DNA of 62,737 nucleotides, taken from positions 1 through 62,737 of IMG/VR virus record IMGVR_UViG_3300037752_000040; one strand, 5' to 3'. Each line of letters opens with the position of its first letter. Within the stretch, counting starts at the first letter, position 1. This stretch comes from a virus. The notes under the pieces were generated by a model that was not told the origin of the DNA, did not search any database, and saw only the letters and a program-made list of their open reading frames with translations. The translations under genes were made by a program, and so were the position numbers. Positions 25,659 through 34,097 of this stretch are shown one piece after another.

Positions 25659-28238
25659 ATGCAGATTATACCCCACAAGCTAAGTCATCTTACGGATAGT
25701 GAATGGGAATTCATTCTTGACAGGGATCGTCGTCAATGTTCCCGCATTGACGAATGTCTCAATAATGGATGTGGTGGAGTTTGCTCTCCCAATCTTGACG
25801 TTGACCATAAACATCCGTCGGCGTTGGGTGGAGATGACAGCATTGCAAACTTAAGGTTGCTTTGCTCAATGGAGAACCGAGGTCGAGGATTGGTCCCTGA
25901 TCCGAAATGGACCGAGCGGAATTATTGGGACAACGAAATCTCGGTAAGGATTCTTCGCGAAGTTCAGCGGCTAGCTGGCTACGAAGCAATCAAGGAATTA
26001 AGCGGCTCAATACGCGACTTTGAGCAGAACGTGGACAGTGGAGGAGCGCCAAACAGTTTTCGGAAACAGCTCCTTGGTGGTCGGATCACACTTATTCCAG
26101 GCGCAACGGGGATTGGTAAGACTCTGCTTATGCAGAGCATCCTTTTCACAATGAATAAGCTCATTGGTCAGGATCGGCCGCGGGTCAAATCAGTTCTGTG
26201 GCTAGAGTCAGACCGCACTTTGCGTGATGCTGTAGCGCAGGAAATAGAAGACGAAGCCTATGCGCTTGGGCTGGTGGCTCGTGCCCCTACGGTTAATATA
26301 GCCTCTAGTTTTTCTGATCTTCTCCGCGGTCCGATGGGGGCGGCTGTAACAGTTGCTTGCCCGCAAATGCTGTGGGAGAAGGAGATGAAAAACAGATCAG
26401 ATTTGGAAAAACTTCGGGCTCTCATCCAGTACGATACTTGCATCTTTGATGAGGTGGATTGGGCAAGCGATCAGGTCCGCCACATTGCCGATCTAATGCG
26501 TCATGCGCTTTTATTTTCGATGACAGCCTCTCCGCCCGCTTTGATCGAGGGTGGAACCAAAGAACAGGCCGATCAACTACAGAAATTTGTGAAACGTTTT
26601 GTGCTCATAAGTCATGAGGCGGTAGCTGATCACACTAGAGCTGTTGAACTGGACGGGTGTCTCAAGCATCTCGGTGGCGTTATCGTGGCTGCGGAGCACG
26701 ATTCTCATGAGTTCATTAAATCTGGATATCATGGGGAAGCTGACACAAAGATGTCACCAGATCATCCGTTGTACATGTCAGCGATACTTGATGCAGTAAA
26801 ACACGCGGACAATGATGAGACCAACATGAAGGCTTTGGTTGGTGACGATTATTACTCTCCGCATGTTATGGTGGCTATGCCATCTATCAACGACATAAAG
26901 ACGATGAAGCCAAATCTTCAGGCTCAACTTGAGAGGCTTGTCGCCCATGGGCATTTGAGCAACTCAGGGTGGAGCGTGTCTGCCATTTATGGTGGCCATG
27001 AAAGGGATTCGCCACCGGACGAGCGGGACCTGTCGGCGAAGACTAGAACTGGCGCTTGGCGTCATCCTTTCATGATTGCCAAAAACAACAAAGGCAAGGC
27101 TACGGATAAATCAAAGCGGGTCTTGCTAATGTGTAAAATTGGCGAGCGGGGTATAAACTGCTGGCCCATTAACAGATTTGTTGACAATACCGAAAGGAGG
27201 GATCTGGCTAGGCTAATTCAAATGGATTTAGGCAGACCTAGTCGGTGGCCACCCCATTTATCTCAGTGGCTTGGAGATTCGCGGCTAAAAGATTTTGCGA
27301 CTGCTTATGTCTACGTGCCGTCCAGTCTGTACACTGAAGACAAGCAGAAAGCTTTGGACGAATCCTATGATTTTGTTCGCAATATGCAAACGCGCATCGC
27401 CGGGGCCGGATATCTGACTTGGGCTGATCTGCTTGATGGAAAGGATGGAGATAAAGATGTTCCCTCTGGCTTTGATCCTGTTGCCCCGCCCCTAACTCAA
27501 GTCGACAAATATAAAATTCAAGCCGGCATCGGCAAAGCGTTAATGGCGACGGGAAAATCTCCTGATATCGAGCCGCTTATCGAGCGGATGTTCCCGACAT
27601 ATGGACCGCGGCAAATTAAGAAAGCGGTCGATTATGGAACAAAGCTGATTGATTCAGGCGATTTCAGAGACGTTGAGACCAAGGCGTCTGCCTTGATTAA
27701 CGAATTTGAGTGTAGCCCGGTCAGCGTGATGGAGAAACTTAAGCCTCAAGACACTTATTCAATCGAAGCTCTCACAAGGTTCGTGAAAAGTGAGCCCTAT
27801 TACAACGGCATGTGGAATGCCTACATCGAGCGGCTGCGATCGGATCCCCCAGACGCGGTAGTCGTGCATTCCGTATCCAAGCATTTGCGCAATTTACAGC
27901 AAGAAACCTATCGATCACCGTCACGAACGCGCAAATTGCACGGTGATCGAAATGATCCCGGCGTATTGAAGGAAGTTGCGAATGAGTTGGCGAAGGCGCT
28001 CTACGATGCTGGGCAGGCACCAGACGACAGGGGCGAAGTGCCAAGAGCGGTAATCAGGGCTGCGAAAACCCTGTTTGATTTGCATGATGCTAGTGATGAC
28101 GGTCCGATGGATCAGCCTGCTTATCATATTGCCATCCTAGGGCGTTATCGGCGCGATATTCAGCAGATGGCTCGTGGCATTCTGATTAGTGAAGGCAAGC
28201 TTGGCGGAGAGCTTAGCAGTCTGGCGGACTGGATATGA
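25659..28238 (+). CDS. HNH nuclease fused to an SF2 (DEAD/ResIII-like) helicase
   Basis: The ATG at 25659 has AAGGAG 9 nt upstream. HNH: VDHKHPSALGGDDSIANLRLLC. Walker A PGATGIGKT, motif II IFDEVDW, motif III MTASP, motif VI-like QMDLGRPSR. Low-GC island. Confidence 0.75.
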   Translation: MQIIPHKLSHLTDSEWEFILDRDRRQCSRIDECLNNGCGGVCSPNLDVDHKHPSALGGDDSIANLRLLCSMENRGRGLVPDPKWTERNYWDNEISVRILREVQRLAGYEAIKELSGSIRDFEQNVDSGGAPNSFRKQLLGGRITLIPGATGIGKTLLMQSILFTMNKLIGQDRPRVKSVLWLESDRTLRDAVAQEIEDEAYALGLVARAPTVNIASSFSDLLRGPMGAAVTVACPQMLWEKEMKNRSDLEKLRALIQYDTCIFDEVDWASDQVRHIADLMRHALLFSMTASPPALIEGGTKEQADQLQKFVKRFVLISHEAVADHTRAVELDGCLKHLGGVIVAAEHDSHEFIKSGYHGEADTKMSPDHPLYMSAILDAVKHADNDETNMKALVGDDYYSPHVMVAMPSINDIKTMKPNLQAQLERLVAHGHLSNSGWSVSAIYGGHERDSPPDERDLSAKTRTGAWRHPFMIAKNNKGKATDKSKRVLLMCKIGERGINCWPINRFVDNTERRDLARLIQMDLGRPSRWPPHLSQWLGDSRLKDFATAYVYVPSSLYTEDKQKALDESYDFVRNMQTRIAGAGYLTWADLLDGKDGDKDVPSGFDPVAPPLTQVDKYKIQAGIGKALMATGKSPDIEPLIERMFPTYGPRQIKKAVDYGTKLIDSGDFRDVETKASALINEFECSPVSVMEKLKPQDTYSIEALTRFVKSEPYYNGMWNAYIERLRSDPPDAVVVHSVSKHLRNLQQETYRSPSRTRKLHGDRNDPGVLKEVANELAKALYDAGQAPDDRGEVPRAVIRAAKTLFDLHDASDDGPMDQPAYHIAILGRYRRDIQQMARGILISEGKLGGELSSLADWI

Positions 28239-28999
28239 GCTACAGCAAAAAAGCTCAATGGATGGATGTGATCGGGCCAGGTAATGAGATGGCTCGCACC
28301 ATTGGGCATATGAAGCCGCGCAAGCTGGAAGACATGCCAGAATTCGTGCCGCCAGGCGCGCGTGAAGCAGCTCTGATAACGATCTTTGCGAGGGAGCAGG
28401 ATTTCGCATTCGAGCCTGTGATGAAGGCTCTTGAAGTTCTGTCGAAGCTCGAAGACTGGTCGCATAAATTCCTCGTTGCCGACAAGCTCAACCCACATTT
28501 CAACTGGAAGGACTCTCCGTTCAAAAAATATGCCTCGTTTGCGGATTTCTACAAGCAGGAGCTTGAGGCGACTTGGGGGCCATGGACAGAGTTGCAGGCC
28601 GGATGGGCCGAGGTCGTCTCGGGGAAAAAGTCGGAGCCGCAGTTCAGGGCTGAGCACTTCCAGCGGATCGATGAGGAGACTGAGAAGAACCGGAGGCCAC
28701 ATGGTGGGGATAGGAAATCAAGTTGTATCACAGAAAGAAATGATATACAATTTGATCCGTCGCCCACTGGCACATCATCCGCCCGCGCCATGCGCGCATT
28801 GCGAGCCCACCATCCCGAGATCCACGCCAAGGTTCTCTCTGGCGAACTGACGCCTAATGGCGGCATGGTTGCTGCCGGACGCCGCAAGCCGCAGGTGCGC
28901 CCGCCAAAGAGTCCGTTTGCGGCTCTCGCCAAGAAAATCAGGGAAAAGGGACACCTGCTCACCGAAGCCGAGCGCCGCCAGCTAAAGGATCTCCTATGA
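28235..28999 (+). CDS. putative DNA-binding protein (HGGDRKS motif)
   Basis: 254 aa. ATGA overlap with the helicase stop. Contains PHGGDRKSS followed by GTSSARAMRALRAHHPEIHAKVLSGELTPN. Confidence 0.5.
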   Translation: MSYSKKAQWMDVIGPGNEMARTIGHMKPRKLEDMPEFVPPGAREAALITIFAREQDFAFEPVMKALEVLSKLEDWSHKFLVADKLNPHFNWKDSPFKKYASFADFYKQELEATWGPWTELQAGWAEVVSGKKSEPQFRAEHFQRIDEETEKNRRPHGGDRKSSCITERNDIQFDPSPTGTSSARAMRALRAHHPEIHAKVLSGELTPNGGMVAAGRRKPQVRPPKSPFAALAKKIREKGHLLTEAERRQLKDLL

Positions 29000-29202
29000 C
29001 CCCCGTCCCCACAGATCAGATCCTTTCCCAGCTATGCGAAGCCATAAACGAGGGCATGAACAGGTTCGAGCAAACCGGAAAAGCCTACGGGGATATCATC
29101 GAGGAGCACCGCGATGAAGTGGATAAAATAATTTTGGGGAAGGATGCATACAAAATCAAAATGCATAGGGCGCGGATGCGGGAAGAAGGGAAGCTGAAAT
29201 GA
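28996..29202 (+). CDS. hypothetical protein
   Basis: 68-aa ORF, coupled. Confidence 0.45.
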   Translation: MTPVPTDQILSQLCEAINEGMNRFEQTGKAYGDIIEEHRDEVDKIILGKDAYKIKMHRARMREEGKLK

Positions 29203-29426
29203 GCGAAGACATCTGGCCGGAAAACCTCGGCGGACCAAAGCATCGCATCACGGTTCTCGGTGTCCCGATGCGCGTCTGGAAGAATGGCGGCAGCGTCCTC
29301 GCGGTCGGCGACAGGGTTCCCGACCACTACGCGATCAGCGGAGACGTGCGCACTGCGGCGCAAGTGATCATCTGCCGGGAATACGAGGTTGAGATTGAGA
29401 AGAAACTTGAGAAAACGAGATCATAG
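29199..29426 (+). CDS. hypothetical protein
   Basis: 75-aa ORF, coupled. Confidence 0.45.
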   Translation: MSEDIWPENLGGPKHRITVLGVPMRVWKNGGSVLAVGDRVPDHYAISGDVRTAAQVIICREYEVEIEKKLEKTRS

Positions 29427-29429
29427 ATC

Positions 29430-29705
29430 ATGAGCGAAGACGCCGAAGTCGTTGAAGACGAAACCCTCCCCGAATTCTGGGGGCTTGTGTTGGATACCGC
29501 GGATGCCAGCAATGACGTTGACCACTTCGACGTTGACGACGATCCGATCAGACAGGCGAGGATGGAAGAACTTGAGGAAGCGCAGGACCGAGCGGCTGAA
29601 CGCTTGATCAGGTTCGTGAAAACGCATGGCGACGCGCTGCTTCTGGCACTCAACGAACAAACTGGCACTCAAAATGATTTCAGTGCCAAAAGCGAGGAAG
29701 CATGA
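29430..29705 (+). CDS. hypothetical strongly acidic protein
   Basis: 91 aa, rich in D/E. Confidence 0.45.
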   Translation: MSEDAEVVEDETLPEFWGLVLDTADASNDVDHFDVDDDPIRQARMEELEEAQDRAAERLIRFVKTHGDALLLALNEQTGTQNDFSAKSEEA

Positions 29706-29971
29706 CGACTTCAGACCTGACAGCGGCCCGTGTGCGCAGACATGAAAACTGCATGGCGACCACCTGCGAGGAACTGCTCGCTCTGGTCAAGGACGATCTT
29801 GCGAATGGTGGTTTCATCAATGCCAAGCGCATGGCGATCATCGTGGTCGATGAGGACGGCAAGGGCAATCAAAACATCAGCGCCTACCGTTGCGGCATGA
29901 ATCGCGCCGAGGAGATCGGCTATCTGGAAATGGCGAAGGACGACCGGAAGTCGGATTGGGTGATAGCATGA
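29702..29971 (+). CDS. hypothetical protein
   Basis: 89-aa ORF with ATGA overlaps on both sides. Confidence 0.45.
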   Translation: MTTSDLTAARVRRHENCMATTCEELLALVKDDLANGGFINAKRMAIIVVDEDGKGNQNISAYRCGMNRAEEIGYLEMAKDDRKSDWVIA

Positions 29972-30261
29972 CCACCTCAGAACAAAAAGCCCTCGGCGTC
30001 TGGACCGATATCGCTGACGTGCTCCAATATTCGTTCGCCAGCGAGCAAGTTCGCGCCTGCGTTTCCGCCATAGCCGCCGCTCTTGAAGCTGCAAGGCTGG
30101 AGGAACGAAAGGCGTGTGCGAAGATCCTCATGCAGCACAGCGGTCGATTTCTACGCCAGTTCCATGAGGCTGACAGGATTTCTCTGGAACTCGGAAGAGT
30201 TGTGGCTGAAGTCAGAAATTGGGCCGCCGCTATTCGTAGCAGGGAGACAGACAATGAGTGA
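29968..30261 (+). CDS. hypothetical protein
   Basis: The ATG at 29968 (MTTSEQKALGVW) forms an ATGA overlap with the upstream stop. Confidence 0.45.
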   Translation: MTTSEQKALGVWTDIADVLQYSFASEQVRACVSAIAAALEAARLEERKACAKILMQHSGRFLRQFHEADRISLELGRVVAEVRNWAAAIRSRETDNE

Positions 30262-31039
30262 GAAACCGATGTTTGAAGATTGCACTACAGGCCTGACTTG
30301 TAGTGCAATCGAAGCCGAAATGCGGGACCGCCTCGCCGCCAAGGACGCGCGGATAGCTGAGCTTTCATCCGCAGTCGCGGGAAAAGTCCAGCTTATTGAA
30401 CCCGATCCAGAAACCATCGCATGGGCGGAAGGCGTTTTTGCGGCAGAAGATGACAAGAACGCCACCATCGAAGACCTGAGCAGGAAGCTGGAAGCCTCCC
30501 GGCATCGGGTGGCGGAACTGGAAGAGGAATTGAAGCAAGAGCGGCTTTGGAAACTCACGCCAGACGAACATCGTGACTATCTGGAAGCTCGCTATAAGTC
30601 GATAGCCCATGATCTTGAACTTGCGACGGAACGCGAAGCCGCCAAGGACGCCAGAATAGCAGCACTGGAAGCTGGAGGAAGGGAAATGTGGGCAGTCTGG
30701 AATTCCTGCAACGGCGTTTTCGAGGTCACGAACTGGCGGAAGGACGCTCTTGATGTGATAGCGGAAGCTTACAGCGAGCATGAAACGGTGGTTCCCGTCC
30801 GTGTATTTGTCGAAGACGAAGACCGCCACGGGCTGCGCCATGCCCACGAGGACGAACGCGAAGTTCTTTGGCGCGCCCGCTCCACTCTCGAAGGGAAACA
30901 GGATGCCACCGGGCAAGCTCTCGTAGATCTTTTGCAGGGTTCACCATTGCAGGATGTGAAGATCGAAAGGGATGCCGCTCAGGATGACGCTACAGCCCCG
31001 GAAGGTTCAGGGGGTATCAGTAGACCTAAATCAGACTAA
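30254..31039 (+). CDS. coiled-coil protein
   Basis: ATG at 30254 (MSEKPMFEDC). Repeated AAKDARIA(E/A)L segments. Confidence 0.5.
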   Translation: MSEKPMFEDCTTGLTCSAIEAEMRDRLAAKDARIAELSSAVAGKVQLIEPDPETIAWAEGVFAAEDDKNATIEDLSRKLEASRHRVAELEEELKQERLWKLTPDEHRDYLEARYKSIAHDLELATEREAAKDARIAALEAGGREMWAVWNSCNGVFEVTNWRKDALDVIAEAYSEHETVVPVRVFVEDEDRHGLRHAHEDEREVLWRARSTLEGKQDATGQALVDLLQGSPLQDVKIERDAAQDDATAPEGSGGISRPKSD

Positions 31040-31082
31040 CAGCCGTGTGCGGCGATCCTAGCAGGCTACAGGGGCATTCAGA

Positions 31083-31322
31083 ATGGCCAAGTCAAAGATC
31101 ATAACCGGACTGAAGGAAGCCGTAAGACACGCGAGGGAGATGAATAGGTTGCCCATCGAATGCTGCGAATGCGGGATCAAGCAGGATGAATGGTATGATT
31201 GGGCAGGCGGGAGCTTCGCGAATATTTACGAGCGTCGAGGCAAGCCTTACTGCGACAGCCATCTGATGGATACCCCCGAAAAGCGTGCGTATGAGCGTTG
31301 GTTTGTTGATCCTAATTCATGA
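31083..31322 (+). CDS. hypothetical small Cys-containing protein
   Basis: 79-aa ORF. Confidence 0.45.
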   Translation: MAKSKIITGLKEAVRHAREMNRLPIECCECGIKQDEWYDWAGGSFANIYERRGKPYCDSHLMDTPEKRAYERWFVDPNS

Positions 31323-31329
31323 GGCCAGA

Positions 31330-31893
31330 ATGAGCAAGCGCACGACCGCCAAGCAGAACCAAACTGTCTACAAGGAATTTACCGATCTCACCGTCATGAA
31401 GCGGATCGACATGACGGCGGTAGCGATCTACGAAGTCCACCGGAAGCTTGAGGCGGAGGCGGCATTCGAGCCAAAGCCAAATACGCAGCTCCACCGCATC
31501 TGGAAGCTCAAGAAGTTCGACATGACCCAGCAGCGCGGTTGGATCGCCTTCAGACGGGAGGCTCAAGAAGCCTTTGGCAAGTCCGGTCCGGTCACATCGT
31601 CTTACGGAGAATTCACGGACGGTGGTGATGGTGACGGCTTCCGAGTGCCGAAAGCTTTCGTCAACGACGCGCACCGCAACATCGAATACCTCATGCGCTA
31701 CTATCTGATTTACGACGAAGCTTTGCTTCTCCGAGACCTTATCAAGGACGACGTTCAAAATCACGAGAATTTCAATATAGAGTTGATCGGCTTCATGAAA
31801 GCCGGATACAAGAAGGAAGAAACGGCGCGCGCGAATGGTATAGGCCACATTCAGTGTTTGCTGACGCGGCTCGGACGTTTTTATCGCTTCTGA
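31330..31893 (+). CDS. putative regulator with C-terminal HTH (candidate late-gene activator)
   Basis: The ATG at 31330 follows GAGG. It is the last gene before the largest intergenic gap. The C-terminus GYKKEETARANGIGHIQCLLTRLGRF is HTH-like. Confidence 0.35.
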   Translation: MSKRTTAKQNQTVYKEFTDLTVMKRIDMTAVAIYEVHRKLEAEAAFEPKPNTQLHRIWKLKKFDMTQQRGWIAFRREAQEAFGKSGPVTSSYGEFTDGGDGDGFRVPKAFVNDAHRNIEYLMRYYLIYDEALLLRDLIKDDVQNHENFNIELIGFMKAGYKKEETARANGIGHIQCLLTRLGRFYRF

Positions 31894-32164
31894 AAAAATA
31901 TTTGTGTCAAGCGAAAAAGTGCTTGCGCCCGCGTTTTTTTTCTGATACGGCTTATATTTAACTGGCCCGAATTGCGCCTACTCAGCAACCGCAACATCAG
32001 TCTTTCCCTTCAAAAACCTTGAAAATCAACGACTTTGGCTTGCGCCGATGCTGAAAAAGTGATTCTTGCTCGCGAGCGGTTTCCGGCAGTGGATTGATTT
32101 CCGCCGATGCCGCGCCGCCTTGGCTGAGGAAAGAGCGGGGAAGTTTACTAAATAGGAGGCACAC
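31894..32164 (+). promoter_or_regulatory. 271-nt intergenic region preceding the late operon
   Basis: Largest non-coding gap in the genome. A CAAGC/GCTTG hairpin plus a T8 tract at about 31909-31942. Repeated GAAAAAGTG (31913 and 32053) and CGCCGATGC (32043 and 32102). A strong SD (AGGAGG) precedes the ATG at 32165. Confidence 0.4.
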
Positions 32165-32443
32165 ATGAAATCAACCCATGTCAGCCCCGCCCCCGACATG
32201 AGGGGGAAGAAATCTTATGCGTTCAGATGTGGCTGCTGCGATGCGTATGATCTGCGGGACAAGGTCAAGGCCCGCGAGGCTGAAAACGAAATGCAGCAAG
32301 CCAGACGCGGTCTGGATGCATGGGATGATCAGGCTCTGGCCGATTGGCATGAGATGGAAGATTTCAACCATTTCCATGACGAGCAGCTTGAGCGCGATTT
32401 CACCAATGTGCGGAAAGCGCATTTTGCTCCACGAGGGAATTGA
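32165..32443 (+). CDS. hypothetical protein
   Basis: 92 aa. SD AGGAGG lies 5 nt upstream of the ATG. Confidence 0.55.
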   Translation: MKSTHVSPAPDMRGKKSYAFRCGCCDAYDLRDKVKAREAENEMQQARRGLDAWDDQALADWHEMEDFNHFHDEQLERDFTNVRKAHFAPRGN

Positions 32444-32534
32444 AATGCGCGGTCCTGTATTTCCTGATTAGCGCGAAAGCCTTCAAGGGAACGACCAGTA
32501 AAGGCCGTCCCGAGAAGGGAGGGGCCGAAGCCCC

Positions 32535-32738
32535 TTAGTTGGCGCGTAGCATGAGTTTCATGCTCTTGAGAACTTTCGTGTATCCGCCCATGCGGCTCCG
32601 GCCATCGTTGAGCTGGAACACCCAAGTACCGTTAGATGACCAGAAATCTCCTGTAACTTCCTGCTTGTAGCAGTCGATGATGCGGAAGCTGGTTTCGCCG
32701 TTTGATTCCAATCCGTAGCGTGCGTTGATCTTTTCCAT
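32535..32738 (-). CDS. small hypothetical protein, divergent from an XRE-type gene
   Basis: The ATG at 32738 (MEKINARYGL) has GGGGA upstream. Its own TTGACA-17-TATATT promoter lies upstream. Confidence 0.5.
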   Translation of the reverse strand: MEKINARYGLESNGETSFRIIDCYKQEVTGDFWSSNGTWVFQLNDGRSRMGGYTKVLKSMKLMLRAN

Positions 32739-32763
32739 GTCCGTTCCCCTTGCTGATAGACTT

Positions 32764-32852
32764 AATATAGGCGTATCGCCTAGTTCTGTCAATAGACAAA
32801 ATGCGCATCGCCTATATTTTTATTGACTGGATAGCCGCAAATCGCCTATTAT
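32764..32852. promoter_or_regulatory. divergent sigma70-like promoters with three ATCGCCTA repeats
   Basis: Minus strand: TTGACA (32787-32792), 17-nt spacer, TATATT (32764-32769). Plus strand: TTGACT (32823-32828), 18-nt spacer, TATTAT (32847-32852). ATCGCCTA at 32775, 32807 and 32841. Confidence 0.6.
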
Positions 32853-32873
32853 CCCGATATAAAGGGGATAATA

Positions 32874-33062
32874 ATGGATCACACGGAATTTCGCGCCGCG
32901 CTTGATGAGCTTGGAATATCTCAGCATCAGTTTGCCAAGGAAATCTCAATGGATGTAACATCGGTGAATCGCTGGGCGAACGACAAGGCCGATATCCCCG
33001 GCATCGCCGCCGTGTATGTCCGCTTGATCCTCTCCATACACCGGGCAAGGAGCAGTAGATGA
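32874..33062 (+). CDS. XRE-family HTH regulator
   Basis: 62 aa. HTH segment FRAALDELGISQHQFAKEISMDVTSVNRWAND. Confidence 0.65.
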   Translation: MDHTEFRAALDELGISQHQFAKEISMDVTSVNRWANDKADIPGIAAVYVRLILSIHRARSSR

Positions 33063-33319
33063 GCGAGCTACAAGACCTCGCTACGGACGGGGAAAAGAAG
33101 CTTGGGTGCCTCGGTCGCTTCGCTGTCGATCAAGACGGCGATCGCGTCACGCTTTATGAAGCGTGGAACTTGGCGGCTGAAGGCTGTCCGTTTGTCAGGA
33201 TGGTTCCCCGCGATGGCGATGATTTCTACGAGCGCGAGATTATCATGAGTGCCGCTGAATTTGCGCTCCGATTTCCGCCCGCGCCAAGCTCAAGGAGCTT
33301 AACAGATGACCTTGCGTGA
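33059..33319 (+). CDS. hypothetical protein
   Basis: 86-aa ORF, ATGA-coupled. Confidence 0.45.
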   Translation: MSELQDLATDGEKKLGCLGRFAVDQDGDRVTLYEAWNLAAEGCPFVRMVPRDGDDFYEREIIMSAAEFALRFPPAPSSRSLTDDLA

Positions 33320-33596
33320 CCATCACTGGCCATCGAACAAGCAGCACAGCTTCATCGAAGGCCGTTGCACTGGATGCGGCACAGTCCCACGAGATGACGG
33401 CAGGTTCTATCCTTGCGGCAGCCATCCGGTGAGCTTCAACACGCCACAAGGCTGGATCACTGGCGGCATTACCGAGGACGGAGGCTTTGCTGTTCTCGAA
33501 TGGCCGGACACTCTCACTGAGGCAAAGGCGCAATCTGCGCTGGATGAGTTCATGGCCCAGCGACAAACCGCGTTCAGAGAGCGTCCACTGAAATGA
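33306..33596 (+). CDS. hypothetical protein
   Basis: 96-aa ORF. Confidence 0.45.
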   Translation: MTLRDHHWPSNKQHSFIEGRCTGCGTVPRDDGRFYPCGSHPVSFNTPQGWITGGITEDGGFAVLEWPDTLTEAKAQSALDEFMAQRQTAFRERPLK

Positions 33597-33602
33597 CCCC
33601 GC

Positions 33603-34094
33603 GTGAAGAGAAGTTCGCCCGCTGACATGACGACGCTCGGCAATTCGCGTCACGAGGCATTCGCCCGTGGTCTCGCCCTCGGCAAAACAGCAGATAAAGC
33701 CTACGAAGATGCTGGATATAAGCGCAATCGCTTCAACGCCTCAAGGCTGAGAACAAATGAACACGTCTTGAGGAGGGTTCAGGAATTGAACGGGAAAGCT
33801 TCAGAAAAGGCAGTGCTCGACAAAGCATGGGTGCTTGAGCGCCTGATGAAAAACGCTCGCATTGCTATGGGCGAAGAGAAGATCACGCTGAGCACAAAAG
33901 ACGGTGAAGAGGTCGCAACGATCGACCGCGACGTGTCAGGCGCGAACAGGGCGCTCGAACTGCTCGGCAAGGAACTTGGCATGTTCATTGAACGCTCTGA
34001 GAACCTGAACACCAACTACAACATCTCCGACAAGCCTATGGATGAAGACGACTGGGCAGAAGAATACGCCGAAAGCTCGGACGCCGTTCACTAG
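33603..34094 (+). CDS. terS: terminase small subunit (P27/Terminase_2-like)
   Basis: 163 aa. The segment NSRHEAFARGLALGKTADKAYEDAGYKRNRFNASRL resembles the small-terminase N-terminus. It sits immediately upstream of the large terminase. Confidence 0.7.
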   Translation: MKRSSPADMTTLGNSRHEAFARGLALGKTADKAYEDAGYKRNRFNASRLRTNEHVLRRVQELNGKASEKAVLDKAWVLERLMKNARIAMGEEKITLSTKDGEEVATIDRDVSGANRALELLGKELGMFIERSENLNTNYNISDKPMDEDDWAEEYAESSDAVH

Positions 34095-34097
34095 CGT

